The notes beneath the pieces are model-generated. The model did no database searches and had not been told where the DNA came from. It was given only the letters and a program-made list of their open reading frames with translations. Of a DNA stretch of 64,000 bases, positions 38,530 to 50,706 are shown in pieces (within the stretch, counting starts at the first letter, position 1; each line of letters begins with the position of its first letter). The DNA comes from Octopus bimaculoides. Lineage: Eukaryota. A program made the position numbers and the translations under genes. The stretch lies in the NCBI RefSeq assembly GCF_001194135.2, contig NC_068998.1, positions 12,409,525 through 12,473,524 of the forward strand, written 5' to 3'.

Positions 38530-38530
<1 letters not shown>
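37930..38530 (-). mobile_element. R4/Dong-like RLE retrotransposon fragment abutting (TAA)n
   Basis: RGLISARESINIE..MELHGQFHRET..ESLIIAAQVQALNT..decayed CCHC knuckle; (ATT)n array at about 38531-38620. Confidence 0.8.
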
Positions 38531-38561
<31 letters not shown>

Positions 38562-39089
38562 GTTATTATTATTATTATTATTATTGTTGTTGTTGTTGAT
38601 GTTGTTATTATTATTATTAAATAAAAGGATTCGTGACAGTTTGTCAAACGGATGATTATTTCCAATGGTTCTCTGAATTAAGTTCGGAAATTCAATTAAA
38701 TATTTAAAATCCTGCTGCACTTTCCAGACAGTTCTTCCTTTTCAATTTATCTGTTTACTTTTCTCCCCGTTCTCTGTTCAATCTATTACTGCTTTCGTTA
38801 TCGTCGTCGAAAAATTTAGCCACCTTAGAATTATAACATTCTTTTCTCGAGTGAATTCATCGTACATGTGATTAAACAAAGTTTTTCTTTCTTTCTTTTT
38901 CGCAAGACATAAATTGTAGCATACCGAAGATTTGAGTGGTATATATTTATCTATAGCTTCACACATTGATATACTGACTAGTCACTCGATCTACTGTAAG
39001 TAGGAGCAAAGATTTGTTTCAAATCTCACTCTACCGTCTTAAGAAAGACTCTTAAATGTAACCTTGATTTTCTGCATATAAAATAAGAC

Positions 39090-39665
39090 AATTTTATGAT
39101 TGTTGGAAGGCCATCGATGTTAGATTACTCGATCGCACTTGAACTGAGGTTAAACAACAGCAAAAAAAAAAAAGCACTCTCCTATCCTTAGATGACCCTA
39201 TCTTTTCATTCATGTTGATAAGATACCGCAGTTTTTGTAAATGGAATCGCTCTAGTTCTCGAACATCCCAGTGGTACAAGATTCACGTGTTACAACCATA
39301 AAATAAGGCGGAAACGACCACGGCTTATATATAGTGTGAGTTTAGTTTGTAGTTTCAGGTCCTTGTTTCCAAAGGCACACCGAAAGAGTTTTCCAAAAGC
39401 GACATGGTCACCTCGGATCCTGTTCTCCATGTACCTTACTGCCATACTCCAAGAAATTCCTTGCAGGAATCTATCAACAACTCCAAAAAGGCATATGATC
39501 GCTTCGGCTTGACAATAAACATCCAGAAGACCAAGATATTTGCACAACCTGCTCCAAACTCAATCCTTGCCAATTTCAAACATCACTGTCTCCTATACAC
39601 TCCAGGAATAAGTTGACCAGTTTCCTTAACTCGGAAGCATCCTCTCCACACAATGTAAATAGACA
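39090..39665 (-). mobile_element. RTE LINE fragment with inverted 5' segment
   Basis: Minus 39433-39090: MENRIRGDHVAFGKL..KLQTKL..ELERFH. Plus 39445-39665: LQES..RFGLTINIQKTK..VDQFP*LGSILS. Confidence 0.85.
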
Positions 39666-40140
39666 CCGAAAAATACACCCCCCACAAATCTGTGTATATA
39701 TGTATTCAGTGTTTAGTATCCAGATCTATATATCTTTCGTAAATTAACTAACAAACGTGACCAGAAATTTTCGCCAAACTTTTCACCGTGTGTATTATAG
39801 GCGTATGTACGCACGTATGTATATACGGTTTTGCTTATGTATCTGTACGTTTCTGTTGGATTGTATTGCCTGTATGTGTGAAGGCTGCGTGAATTAGAGG
39901 CGGCAGAGTGTCATCAACATTACACGCTTAGTCACACAAAGCTATGAAGTAGAGAAATGCCAATGAACTTTCCTCAGGCCAATTCAGTGTACAAGTCCGA
40001 AGTAGGGTACAATTAACGTAGTACACACACACACACATACACACACACCCAAAACTACACACACACGTGCACTCATACTCTCTCATACACAAACGCGGAC
40101 ACATATAACCACTCATATACATATATAATCGTATACATAC

Positions 40141-40204
<64 letters not shown>

Positions 40205-40789
40205 GTGTACATAACCAAATAAAATAACCATATGATATAACAGTGATTAAGTAAACACGTAATATCAAAGTTTTATTTTACTACTATTACTAATAAATAC
40301 AATCGAACAAAATGATTATATACAGTACTTGATTAATATTTTATTTTATCGATTTCTGAAAGGTAAATGAAAAAGTGAATTTTTTGATATGTCACACCAG
40401 ATACAAATTTTTAGAAAATTTCCACAGAGATGTAGTTTATTTTACTCTAATTACGAAAATCATTTGAAGGGAAATTAAAAATAAAAAGAATAGAAAAAAT
40501 GCTATTAAAGCTTAAATATTGAAAATTTTTTGTATTTCAGCCAATGAAATGCAACCATTCTCGACACACATGTTGTCTCTAATTATTTTTTTGTTTTTGG
40601 AGACCTTTGCCCCTTGTTATTGTTTGTTTTTGCTTTTGTTTTTGATTATTCGTTGTTTTGTTAGGAATTAATAATAAAGTTGTTACAGAATCATTAACGA
40701 TGAAAAATAGTTAATGAATGATTAAAAAAAAAACAGAGAACAAATTATGAAAATGAAACAAAACGACAAAGAAATTTTGAAAACCGAAA

Positions 40790-41170
40790 TTTGGTAATGT
40801 AGTACAGCATTTTCTGAAAGAAGTCACAATATCTGTGTCTGTACCACTGTATAAACTCACGGAAGTAAGAGTCAATCATAAAACGATGAATACCACGGCA
40901 CTATTTATTTGGCCGTTGTAAAGTACTTCCAATTACGTTCAACTTGTTGCGTGTAGATTCCATCTGCTGAGTTGACAAATTCGATGCTGTGCTTCACTGT
41001 TCTATACCAAAGAACATAGTCTGGCACCTCAAGAATATAGGAATAGGCTCGCCACAATCTCCACATACAATGGATCATGATAGAACCGATCTGAGACGTA
41101 TTCCTCAAAATTAATCGGTATTGCGACGTATTACAACATAAAGTAACACGTGTCGACTCGTACGACATGC
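40790..41170 (-). mobile_element. Merlin (IS1595/ISXO2-like DDE) transposase C-terminal fossil
   Basis: GSIMIHCMWRLWRAYSYI..TVKHSIEFVNSADGIYTQQVERNWK, then RGIHRFMIDSYFREFIQW..DFFQKML; matches DxWRAY / VNHS..FV..G.HTQ.IE..W / YL.EF.WR. Confidence 0.85.
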
Positions 41171-41917
41171 ATTGCCGAAATTCCAAAATATTAAATCTTT
41201 AAGGTTTCAGAGCTTTTTTATTATTAATTCCTTCAAAAGTGCAAATGGTTTTCGTAATCAGTCTGAAAAATTATACTCTTTATTATCTCATTCTATTACT
41301 TGTTTCAATCATTTGACCACGGCCATGCTGGAGCACCGCCTTGAAGATTTTTAATCAAACAAATCGATCCCAGGACTTATTTTTTAAACCTAGTATTATT
41401 CTATCGGTCTTTTGCCGAACCACTAAGTTACAGGAATGTAAACACACCAACACCGGTTGTCAAGTGGTGATAGGGGGACAAACACAGATATAAAGACAAA
41501 CACACACACACACACGCACGCACACACATATATATATATATATACGACGGGCTTCTTTCAGTTTCCGCCTACCGATGCTAGATTAGAAAACACTTGCCCA
41601 AGGTTCCACGCAGTAGGATTGAACCCGAAACTATGTGGTTCGGAAGTAAGCTTACCACACAGCCCCGCCTCCCCTATTATATCTATGTAGAAATTTTGGA
41701 TCGAAAACATTCAGGAAAGTTGACCTCGGTGGGATTTGAACTCAGAAAAAAAAAAAAAAAATGAACGCAACAGGGCTCTTTGTCCGTTTGGCTACCGATT
41801 CTGTTATATCATGACAACATCATAATCATAATCACTATCATCTTCATCGGCTTCATCGACACCATTACAAGCAACGCCGTCGCTACCACCACCAATATCA
41901 CCATCATCATCATCTGT

Positions 41918-41949
<32 letters not shown>

Positions 41950-42078
41950 GTCTACTAGATCATTAACAGAACAGGAACTCGCCTTGTATCACGTGTGCAA
42001 CAAAACAAATTTTAATCTTCCAATGTTTCCTCAGCTTACGGCAGCCAACCGATTCTGTCCTGTGATTTCTACGTTATT

Positions 42079-42148
42079 ATGTTACAGCGACTGATTGCAC
42101 TAGCTGTGGGAATTGTCTTGGTAATGAGCATAGCACAGCTTGATAAGG
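42079..42148 (+). CDS. Candidate signal-peptide exon (unverified)
   Basis: ATG-initiated MLQRLIALAVGIVLVMSIAQLDK. Possible donors at 42121 (GTAATG, phase 0) or 42149 (GTTTCT, weak, phase 1). Confidence 0.15.
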
Positions 42149-42369
42149 GTTTCTGCGATTGACTAGTGGGGCTTCCAAAGTAAAGCAAGTAGTAGAAGAG
42201 GCAAACAAAATTAAAATATAACAAATGAAAAATCAGTAGGAGATTTATATAGAGTAAAGCGATCGATAACACCAATAATAATACCGTTTCATACTGGGTT
42301 CAAATTTTAACACAAAGCCAGCAATTTTTTGGGAGTTGACTCCTGCGCTAACGATTCTTTCGGCTCACT

Positions 42370-42815
42370 GCATCAATATTGGTTTCAAATTTTTGGCACA
42401 AGGCCAGCAAATTTGGGGGAAGGGGGTAGGTAGATTACATCGACCCCCAGTGCTCAAATGGTACTTGTTTTATCGACTTCAAAATAACGAAAGGAAAAGT
42501 CGACCCCGGTAAAATTTGGACCCAGAACGTAAATTCGGAATGCTGTTAAGCATTTTTTTTTCTAGCGCGTTAACGATTCTTATTTCTTTATTGCCCACAA
42601 GGGGCTAAACACAGAGGGGGACAAACAAGGACAGACAAAGGGATTAAGTCGATTACATCGACCCCAGTGCATAACTGGTACTTAATTTATCGACCCCGAA
42701 AGGATGAAAAGCAAAGTCGACCTCGGCGGAATTTGAACTCAGAACGTAACAGCAGACGAAATACCGCTAAGCATTTCGCCCGGCGTGCTAACGATTCTGC
42801 CAGCTCGCCGTCTTA
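42370..42815 (-). mobile_element. Young SINE A copy (42581-42814) nested in an older SINE A copy
   Basis: Young tail GCAATAAAGAAATA is followed directly by AGAATCGTTA, which also occurs in the head (42789-42798 on +). Confidence 0.8.
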
Positions 42816-42965
42816 TAATACTGTTTCGTATTAAAGAACGGGAATAAGAAAAACATAGATGCTATCAACACATATGTACATATGTGTGTGTGTTTAAGTA
42901 TGTATACTTTGTATGCGCGATTTAAGGCGTAAATTGCTATATTGCATTGGACAAATATATATATG

Positions 42966-43025
<60 letters not shown>

Positions 43026-43734
43026 TGTATACATACATACATACATGGAGGTTCTCATTCTCCTTCTTCAGTCATCTGGAAGTAAAGAGTCAACAGACCA
43101 TACACAGCTCCTTGTATGCGGCACAAATTAATAATTATGTATAGAAAAATTGTGAAAAAATCGTTCATCCAGCAAAAATGATTCCTAGAAGTCTGGAACT
43201 ATTATAATATCAATAAGAACTTGCAAAAGCCTGTCGAATGGTAGTTAAGCATAAAAATATATATCGGTTGTACTTCGAATTATTTTATTTTTACAAACAA
43301 ATTAGCGAGAAAGTTCAACAAGGATGAAAACTATCAAGTTAAGGACTATAATTTATCCAAACAGTTATTCAAAAACAACAGTTAGGTATATGAAAATAAA
43401 ACAACTGTACACCCAGAGTCTCCAGACAAAATCGTTGTGTCTGTAAGCCAACCACATCAAAAACAGCTAAAAAAATTAATTGGTTGGATATGGCTGTTTA
43501 TCTGCTTCACAAAATAAACGATACACTAAGAAAGAAACCACTAAGTCAGATGCATAAAAAATAATTCCCAGTATAACTGAGGAATATGTGTACCTAAAAT
43601 ATAATTTTGTTCAACTTTACAAGTTCTTTATCGATTTGCACTAGATCGAGTTCGCAAGCAATCGATAAACAGCTGGTTGGTACTTCGTAGATTTTTCCCG
43701 TTTATTTCGCGTAGAATATCATTAATTCGAATGA

Positions 43735-43950
43735 TATATTGGTTTCACATTTTGACACAAGGCTAGCAAGTTCGGGGTACGGGTAAGTCGATTACATGGA
43801 CCCCTGGAGTTAACTGGAGCTTATTTTATCCACCTCGAAAGGACGAAAGGCAAAGTCAGCCTCGGCGGATTTGAACTCGGAACGTAAAGACGGACGAAAC
43901 ACTGCAAAGTATTTTGTCCAGGGTGCTAACGATTCTGCTCGCTCGCTGCC
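43735..43950 (-). mobile_element. SINE family A
   Basis: Same consensus. Further copies: 13600-13740(-), 16790-16970(-), 17410-17640(+), 18770-19060(+), 27770-27930(-), 29195-29380(+), 41690-41800(-), 48130-48345(+), 53575-53775(+), 57050-57190(+). Confidence 0.85.
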
Positions 43951-44116
43951 TTTTTTCTGTTTTTTTTAAAAATAATATATTAAGAGATTATACAGAGCCT
44001 CCATAACACGTTTTGCAGGACAGAACACGACTTCTTTCCGAAACAAGAAATTTGAGAGCTGCGAGATATTTTTCTCCAGGAGGTGTTTGTCGGATAGTCA
44101 CAAGCGCTTCATTGGT

Positions 44117-44743
44117 CACTGGGACCCGGACGCGAAATTTTTTTCCCCACGAGAGTTCCGGACTCCAGTTATGAACTCATTTGCATATAGCCAGTCAGAG
44201 CTCACCTTCACCTTGTTGTCAAGAAAGCTCAACATAACGTTCGTGAATGTGCTAAAATCAACCATTCTCTAGGTAAAACACACTCTACCAAGTAAACTCA
44301 AGACGAACAACGGTATTGTAAGCCGACCGATCGCCAAGCTGTGCCTAATTTTAGGAGCCAAGTAATTAGATAGATTTGCATTTATACCTACTACCAGATT
44401 TTGTTAGGACCTCATATGGTAAAGATGTGGATGGGAAAAATATGGGTGGAGGCTGATGTGTTAGCAACCCTCTTCCCTTACTGTTTTACAAAGTAAACAA
44501 CAACACAAATAACTACGCAGAGGCAGCCATGGTTGAAACAAGAACAAGAACAACAAGCATTATTAAAAGAGAAAAGAAGCATGGTCATTCCTTGCCCAAG
44601 TGACCTTATCTTATCGCCCATCACTTGTTATGCGTTCATAAACTAGTTTGATAGCTGAGCTCTGATTGGCTGTATGCAAATGAGTTCATAACTAGTGTCT
44701 GGAACTCTCGTGGAAAAAAAAAAATTCGCGTCCCGGACCAGCG
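44117..44743. mobile_element. MITE with about 88-bp TIRs and CACTG-like termini (CMC/EnSpm-like)
   Basis: 44117-44204 versus reverse complement of 44656-44743: GGACGCGAA(T)nCCACGAGAGTTCC.GAC...AGTTATGAACTCATTTGCATA.AGCCA.TCAGAGCTCA. Confidence 0.85.
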
Positions 44744-45451
44744 TATAGGCTGAAATCCCCTCTTAGAGCCCCCGACTATATATGCCCAATTCCTTGCTGT
44801 CGAAAAATTCAAATATACATATGGTTTTCATTGACTATAACAACGGCATTGCTCGGATATTCAATAGGGACGGTAGATATTTTTTATATAACAGTGTCTG
44901 TTTAAGTTAATTGCTCTAAGCTAATGGATATTATTTTATTCGCTTCCACAAAGGAATAATTTTGTGTAACTGCAAAATACATGTACACTTTGATAGTGTG
45001 CATGCGCGCGTGTGTGTGTTTGATGTTATGCTATTTGTATTTTTGATAAAATTTAAAACCGAAAAATACATGATTTAGTACTGAAGCAGATGTTACATCT
45101 TTTATTAGATTGAAACACATAGGGACACAGGGATTGAAACTTCGGAGTGAGCCTATAAGGGATTGTCAAGCAGCACATGTGTGCACGTTTTGTGTGTGTG
45201 TGCGTACGCTTACTGCTATCTGGACAGGGTGAGCCCGTAGAGAAAATCTATATTTTAACTAGAAAAAAAAGAAAAGATATTTCAGGCAGTCAAAGCATTA
45301 CCAATAGTCATTTACGATACTCAACTAATGGTGATTTCCAGTGTTCTGGGGTATGACAATAAATCTATAAAGGATGAGTTCAATCGATTGGATCAAGAAA
45401 GAAGTTGATTGATTGATAATGACTCCGGACAAATACCGGCAAATAGAAGGG

Positions 45452-45855
45452 TTAGTAGTAGTGGTGGTGGTTGTAGTAGAAGTAGTAGTGGTGAGTGTTA
45501 TAGTAGTTGTAGTGGTAGTAGTAGTGACGGTGGTGGTGATGGTGGTGGTAGTAGTAATAATAGTGGTGGTAGTAGAAGTAGTAGCAGTGGTAGCAGTAGT
45601 AATAGTAACAGTGGTAGTGATGATGGTGGTGGTGGTGGTGGTGATAGTGGTAGTAGTAGTGGTGGTGGTGGTGATGGTGGTGGTAGTAGTAGTAGTAGTA
45701 GTGGTAGCAATAGTAATAGTAGTAATAGTGGTAGTGATGGTGGTGGTGGTGGTAGTGGTAGTAATAGTGGTGGTGGTGGCAGTAGTTATAAGTAGTAGTA
45801 GTGGTGGTGGTGGTGGTGGTGGTGGTGGTAGTAATAGTAGTAGCAGTAGTAGTTG
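45452..45855. repeat. About 400-bp in-register GGT/AGT/GAT/AAT mosaic microsatellite
   Basis: Visible in sequence; no register shift over most of its length. Confidence 0.9.
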
Positions 45856-46885
45856 TGAAGGAACGATCATAGTTTGGGTCATCTTAGCATTATTGGCCCC
45901 TGTGCGAATCAATAATCTGGGCCCTATAGTATTATCTTACTGACAGCAAGCCACAGCATTATATAATTCAGAATGTGGTCCCTAGACCCGTGGGTCATTG
46001 GGTAAGTGTCTAGTGAGCCCATTCCTTAAAACGACACAGATCATAGTGGTTAATGGCTGTTGTAAAAAAAGGCAGGTCGTCATCCTCGACCAGCTGTAGC
46101 TAGATTTATAGTTAGATCTCGCTTCCATCAGTTTAGCACATTACCAGATTAGGTGAAGCTATGATTTGGCAAGCAGTAAAAACGTGCGAATATAATGTAA
46201 AATCCATTTACTGAAAATTGGATTTCGAGGAAATAATTACCTTTTAATCTTGATTGGATAACTGTTTTTTTTTTTTCATTCTGTGAGATGTAGAGGTGGA
46301 ATTTGTGGTGGTGGTGGTGGTGNNNNNNNNNNNNNNNNNNNNNNNNNNNNNNNNNNNNNNNNNNNNNNNNNNNNNNNNNNNNNNNNNNNNNNNNNNNNNN
46401 NNNNNNNNNNNNNNNNNNNNNNNNNNNNNNNNNNNNNNNNNNNNNNNNNNNNNNNNNNNNNNNNNNNNNNNNNNNNNNNNNNNNNNNNNNNNNNNNNNNN
46501 NNNNNNNNNNNNNNNNNNNNNNNNNNNNNNNNNNNNNNNNNNNNNNNNNNNNNNNNNNNNNNNNNNNNNNNNNNNNNNNNNNNNNNNNNNNNNNNNNNNN
46601 NNNNNNNNNNNNNNNNNNNNNNNNNNNNNNNNNNNNNNNNNNNNNNNNNNNNNNNNNNNNNNNNNNNNNNNNNNNNNNNNNNNNNNNNNNNNNNNNNNNN
46701 NNNNNNNNNNNNNNNNNNNNNNNNNNNNNNNNNNNNNNNNNNNNNNNNNNNNNNNNNNNNNNNNNNNNNNNNNNNNNNNNNNNNNNNNNNNNNNNNNNNN
46801 NNNNNNNNNNNNNNNNNNNNNNNNNNNNNNNNNNNNNNNNNNNNNNNNNNNNNNNNNNNNNNNNNNNNNNNNNNNNNNNNNNNNN

Positions 46886-46919
<34 letters not shown>

Positions 46920-49009
46920 GTAATAATAATAGTAATCCTTGGATGGAATTTATAAACATTTTAATGCATTGCTACGTACGTTTCCACAAATCATATGTCT
47001 CTTAAGATCAAAGTTCGTATTCCTGGGCTGCTTACAATATAGTCTGTAATATCTGTGGGCATTGGGTAGATCATATATCACCAGAAGAAATGAATCCATT
47101 AAGATGGTCCACCTGATGCCTACGGATACTACGGACTACACTGTAATATTCTCGGGAATATGGACTGGTTCTCGTGAAATTGTTTTTACTGATTGATACC
47201 TGCTGGGTGCTGTAATTTTATTTTGAGCCATGTGTTGTGAACCTTTTTTGGACATTGTGAGCGGAATTATATTTTACATGTTTTACCTGCTGATACCTGC
47301 TGGGTGCCTGTTGTTCACTCTTGTATATACCAAACTGGTGCGGACTTACCTATTGGTGTCTACTGTTTTTGAGTTGTAAAATGTGCCCGAGGGAGATGAA
47401 GAACTTTGAGCTTTAACTCTAAACGGTGTTAAATCACTTCTGTCCTTGATTTTTAACCGATGGACTATTTTATGGTACCTCATTTCTTTATTTTATTTTA
47501 CTTTATTCTATATCGACTTATATTATATTATATTATATTATTATATTATATATTTGAAATTTTTATTCCTTTTATTCGTATTAATTTTAACTTCTATGAA
47601 ATGATATTTACGTGTATTGTATTATACCTTTAACGCACACATAGACAGACACACACACACACACATACAAGGACAGTTTCAGCAATATACCTTCACACCT
47701 TAATAACCTTGACCTTCAATTCTTTACCTAATTCTCACACCCTTTCGATCTCTTTAGCAAATATACTTAGGTCTCATTTCCTGTTGTCTTCCTTTTACAC
47801 CCCCCCCACACATTTACAAATACGCTGACCGCGCCTTCAAGAAGTGGTTTTTTTAGCTTGAGTTTAAAAAAAATCTTTTAGAAGTCGTTTTCCTTTCGGT
47901 ACACACCTCACCAACACGCACGCGCGACACATAAACACTCGCACAATTAAATACCATAAGCAGTCTGGTACTCTACACAATTTAGATCAAATGGTTAAAA
48001 CGAAGTAACCTAAAAGTAAACAAACCAACACATCTCATACTCATCCAGCTCGGTTTGGAAAACCCCCTAATCTCTGTCGTATCATCACTGAACACTATAT
48101 GACATCTGCTTTTCAATAGTTTATCATTTCGAAGATAGCAATTAGCTGAATCGTTAGCACACATGGCGGAAACGCTAAGCGGTATTTCGTCCGTCTTTGC
48201 GTTCTGAGTTCAAATTCCGTCGAAGTCGACTTTGCCTTATATCCGTTCGGGGTCGATAAAATAAGTACCAGTTAAGTACTGGGTCGATGCAATCGATTTA
48301 ATCCCTCGCTCGAACTTCCTGGCATTGTGCTAATATTTGAAATTAATATTCTATAAGTTCGAAGATTCTCAGCCAAGATGCACTCCTTGGTTCCTGTGTC
48401 GCAGTGAACCAGCCTGTTGACACAATGGGTAAACATTAAAATAACGTCTATAATAGACAAGTATTTCTCTTCTCTTCTAAAAACGTGAAACTTTTGATAG
48501 TTCTAACGTAACTAAATGCGTAATTGCTACCACTGTTGTATTATTGAAACTTTCCACAATGAATTAGATAATTAATTAATCGTTTATTTTGCTTCGGATT
48601 TAATAATTGGATTGTATATGTCTGTAAGTCGTTGTTGCTGTTGTTGTTGTTTGTTGTTTGTTTAGAAACCCATTCACCATTACTCATTTACACATGGACA
48701 CTTAAACGGATATATATATCGTTGTCATACAATATATTCAAGTCTACAAGGTCTCTAATCTGCATACACCCTCATATTTATGTATATCTGCATACCACCC
48801 AATGCACATTACTTATCTATAATTTATGAGTATATAAATAGATATGTTAGATACATGCACATACATACATACAAATATACTTATAAAAACAAGTACTTAC
48901 ATATACATTCACACATACCAGCGTATTAATAGACCTATCTATACGAGTGTGTATATATACATGTGTGTGTTTGTATATATGTATGTATATATATATGTGT
49001 ATATATATA

Positions 49010-49089
<80 letters not shown>

Positions 49090-49158
49090 CGTGTGTGTGT
49101 ATGTGCGCGCACACACACATATACATATATAGATAGACAAACAGACAGACAGACAGAC

Positions 49159-49210
<52 letters not shown>

Positions 49211-49259
49211 TGATAGATAGGTAGATAGATAGACAAGGCCAACTCATAGTAAGACAACC

Positions 49260-49500
49260 AGAATTACCAGAGCGTCAGTGTCATGTTCATCGATGCTACC
49301 CCTGGAAGCGAACTAGCATATCATTTTAGGAAAAACTTACATATGGTGAATCTACAAATTAAAGTAGTAGAAAGGCTAGGGACCTTCATAAAATCTCTGA
49401 TCTGTAGAACATATCCATTTGAAAGAACTACCCTGTACCTATAGGAACTGTTATATGTATAGAGTAATCCCACAAATAAACTATAAAACTAGGAATCCGG
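49260..49500 (+). mobile_element. Penelope-like element fragment (region preceding GIY-YIG)
   Basis: VMFIDATPGSELAYHFRKNL..LQIKVVERLGTFIKSLICRTYPF. Confidence 0.65.
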
Positions 49501-49504
49501 TTCT

Positions 49505-49610
49505 GTGTAGAGGCAATTATGCGGATAAGCAATTAGACACATCATATATATTTAATATATCTAATATATTTAATGTGTCTAATTGTTTATCCGCATAACT
49601 GCCTCTATAC
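49505..49610. mobile_element. Short palindromic MITE / hairpin element
   Basis: 35-bp arms at 49508-49542 and 49573-49607 with two A/G differences; 30-nt AT-rich spacer. Confidence 0.7.
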
Positions 49611-50050
49611 CCGCTCAGCTTGATTCTACTCATAGCCTCTGTTCACGTTGTGAAATCGATCCCCTGTAAAGATATCGGAGTCCAACTTTGAATCTTTTGA
49701 GTATTACTAAGTGTCGTCTATACGGAGAATTTCTGGATCTCATCTGTGGACTGTGTGTGTGTGTGTGTGTGTGTGTGTTTGTGTGTGTATGCTGACTATC
49801 TTTCAGTTAAAGGTACGGTGGTTTTGAATCTGTCTTGGTGTTTCCAACTGAAGGCTAAAGAGCCAGAAATGCACGTCTGGGAATCCGCTAGAGGGAAACA
49901 TTGACCACATATGGTGTTTTTACACCTTTTACCACTGTAACATCAGTGAATTTGTGCTTAGAAGTTAAAATATGTCACAAACATATTTTAACGAACTTTA
50001 TTCTTTATCACTGTTCATTTATTCTTTATCACTGTTTGGCTCTAATGCTA

Positions 50051-50090
<40 letters not shown>

Positions 50091-50600
50091 GTGTGTGTGT
50101 GTGTGTGTGTATGTGTGTGTGTGTGTGTACAGACATATAAAACTACACTAGAGACTTGTGTAGTCGTTCTAATAATGGAACAATCAGGTACACATCTGTG
50201 ATGATGACTATTTGCTGTTTGGTGTTACCTTCAGGTTATAATTTTCTATTGCAAATACAGCGCAATTTTCAAAGCAGAAGAATATCAAATCACTAAACTT
50301 TTGGAGCATAAAAATGTGATCATTGTGTATTTACTTTAGTGCCACCACGTTCTTGTTTCTGTCTGTTTATTCCACCAAGACAGGGAGGGAATGAAGTTGA
50401 TTTTTCACTTACTGCGTCCTCTGAAAGATGATGCGGAAAGAGAGCCTGAAGCTCAATCATCAGTTCTCGTAATATTTGATTTTACGAGAATAATCTCTAA
50501 TTGAGGCAGAGAAGCGACTTTCTCATAGACATTGGTTAACATTTGATTAAATTTCTTGTTTTACGGGTAGATATGGGTGAAATAGGCGTCTTAAGAATCA

Positions 50601-50667
<67 letters not shown>

Positions 50668-50706
50668 ATGTATGTATATATATATATGTATGTATGAATG
50701 TATGTA

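Noticed and set aside
45409-45943. Gly/Ser-rich and poly-Val/Thr ORFs as real proteins
   Set aside because: Pure trinucleotide mosaic, open in several frames and both strands, no splice or codon evidence.
50425-50470. Hammerhead-like GAGC[CTGAA]GCTC hairpin (also 21335-21355)
   Set aside because: Both core segments are too decayed to call.
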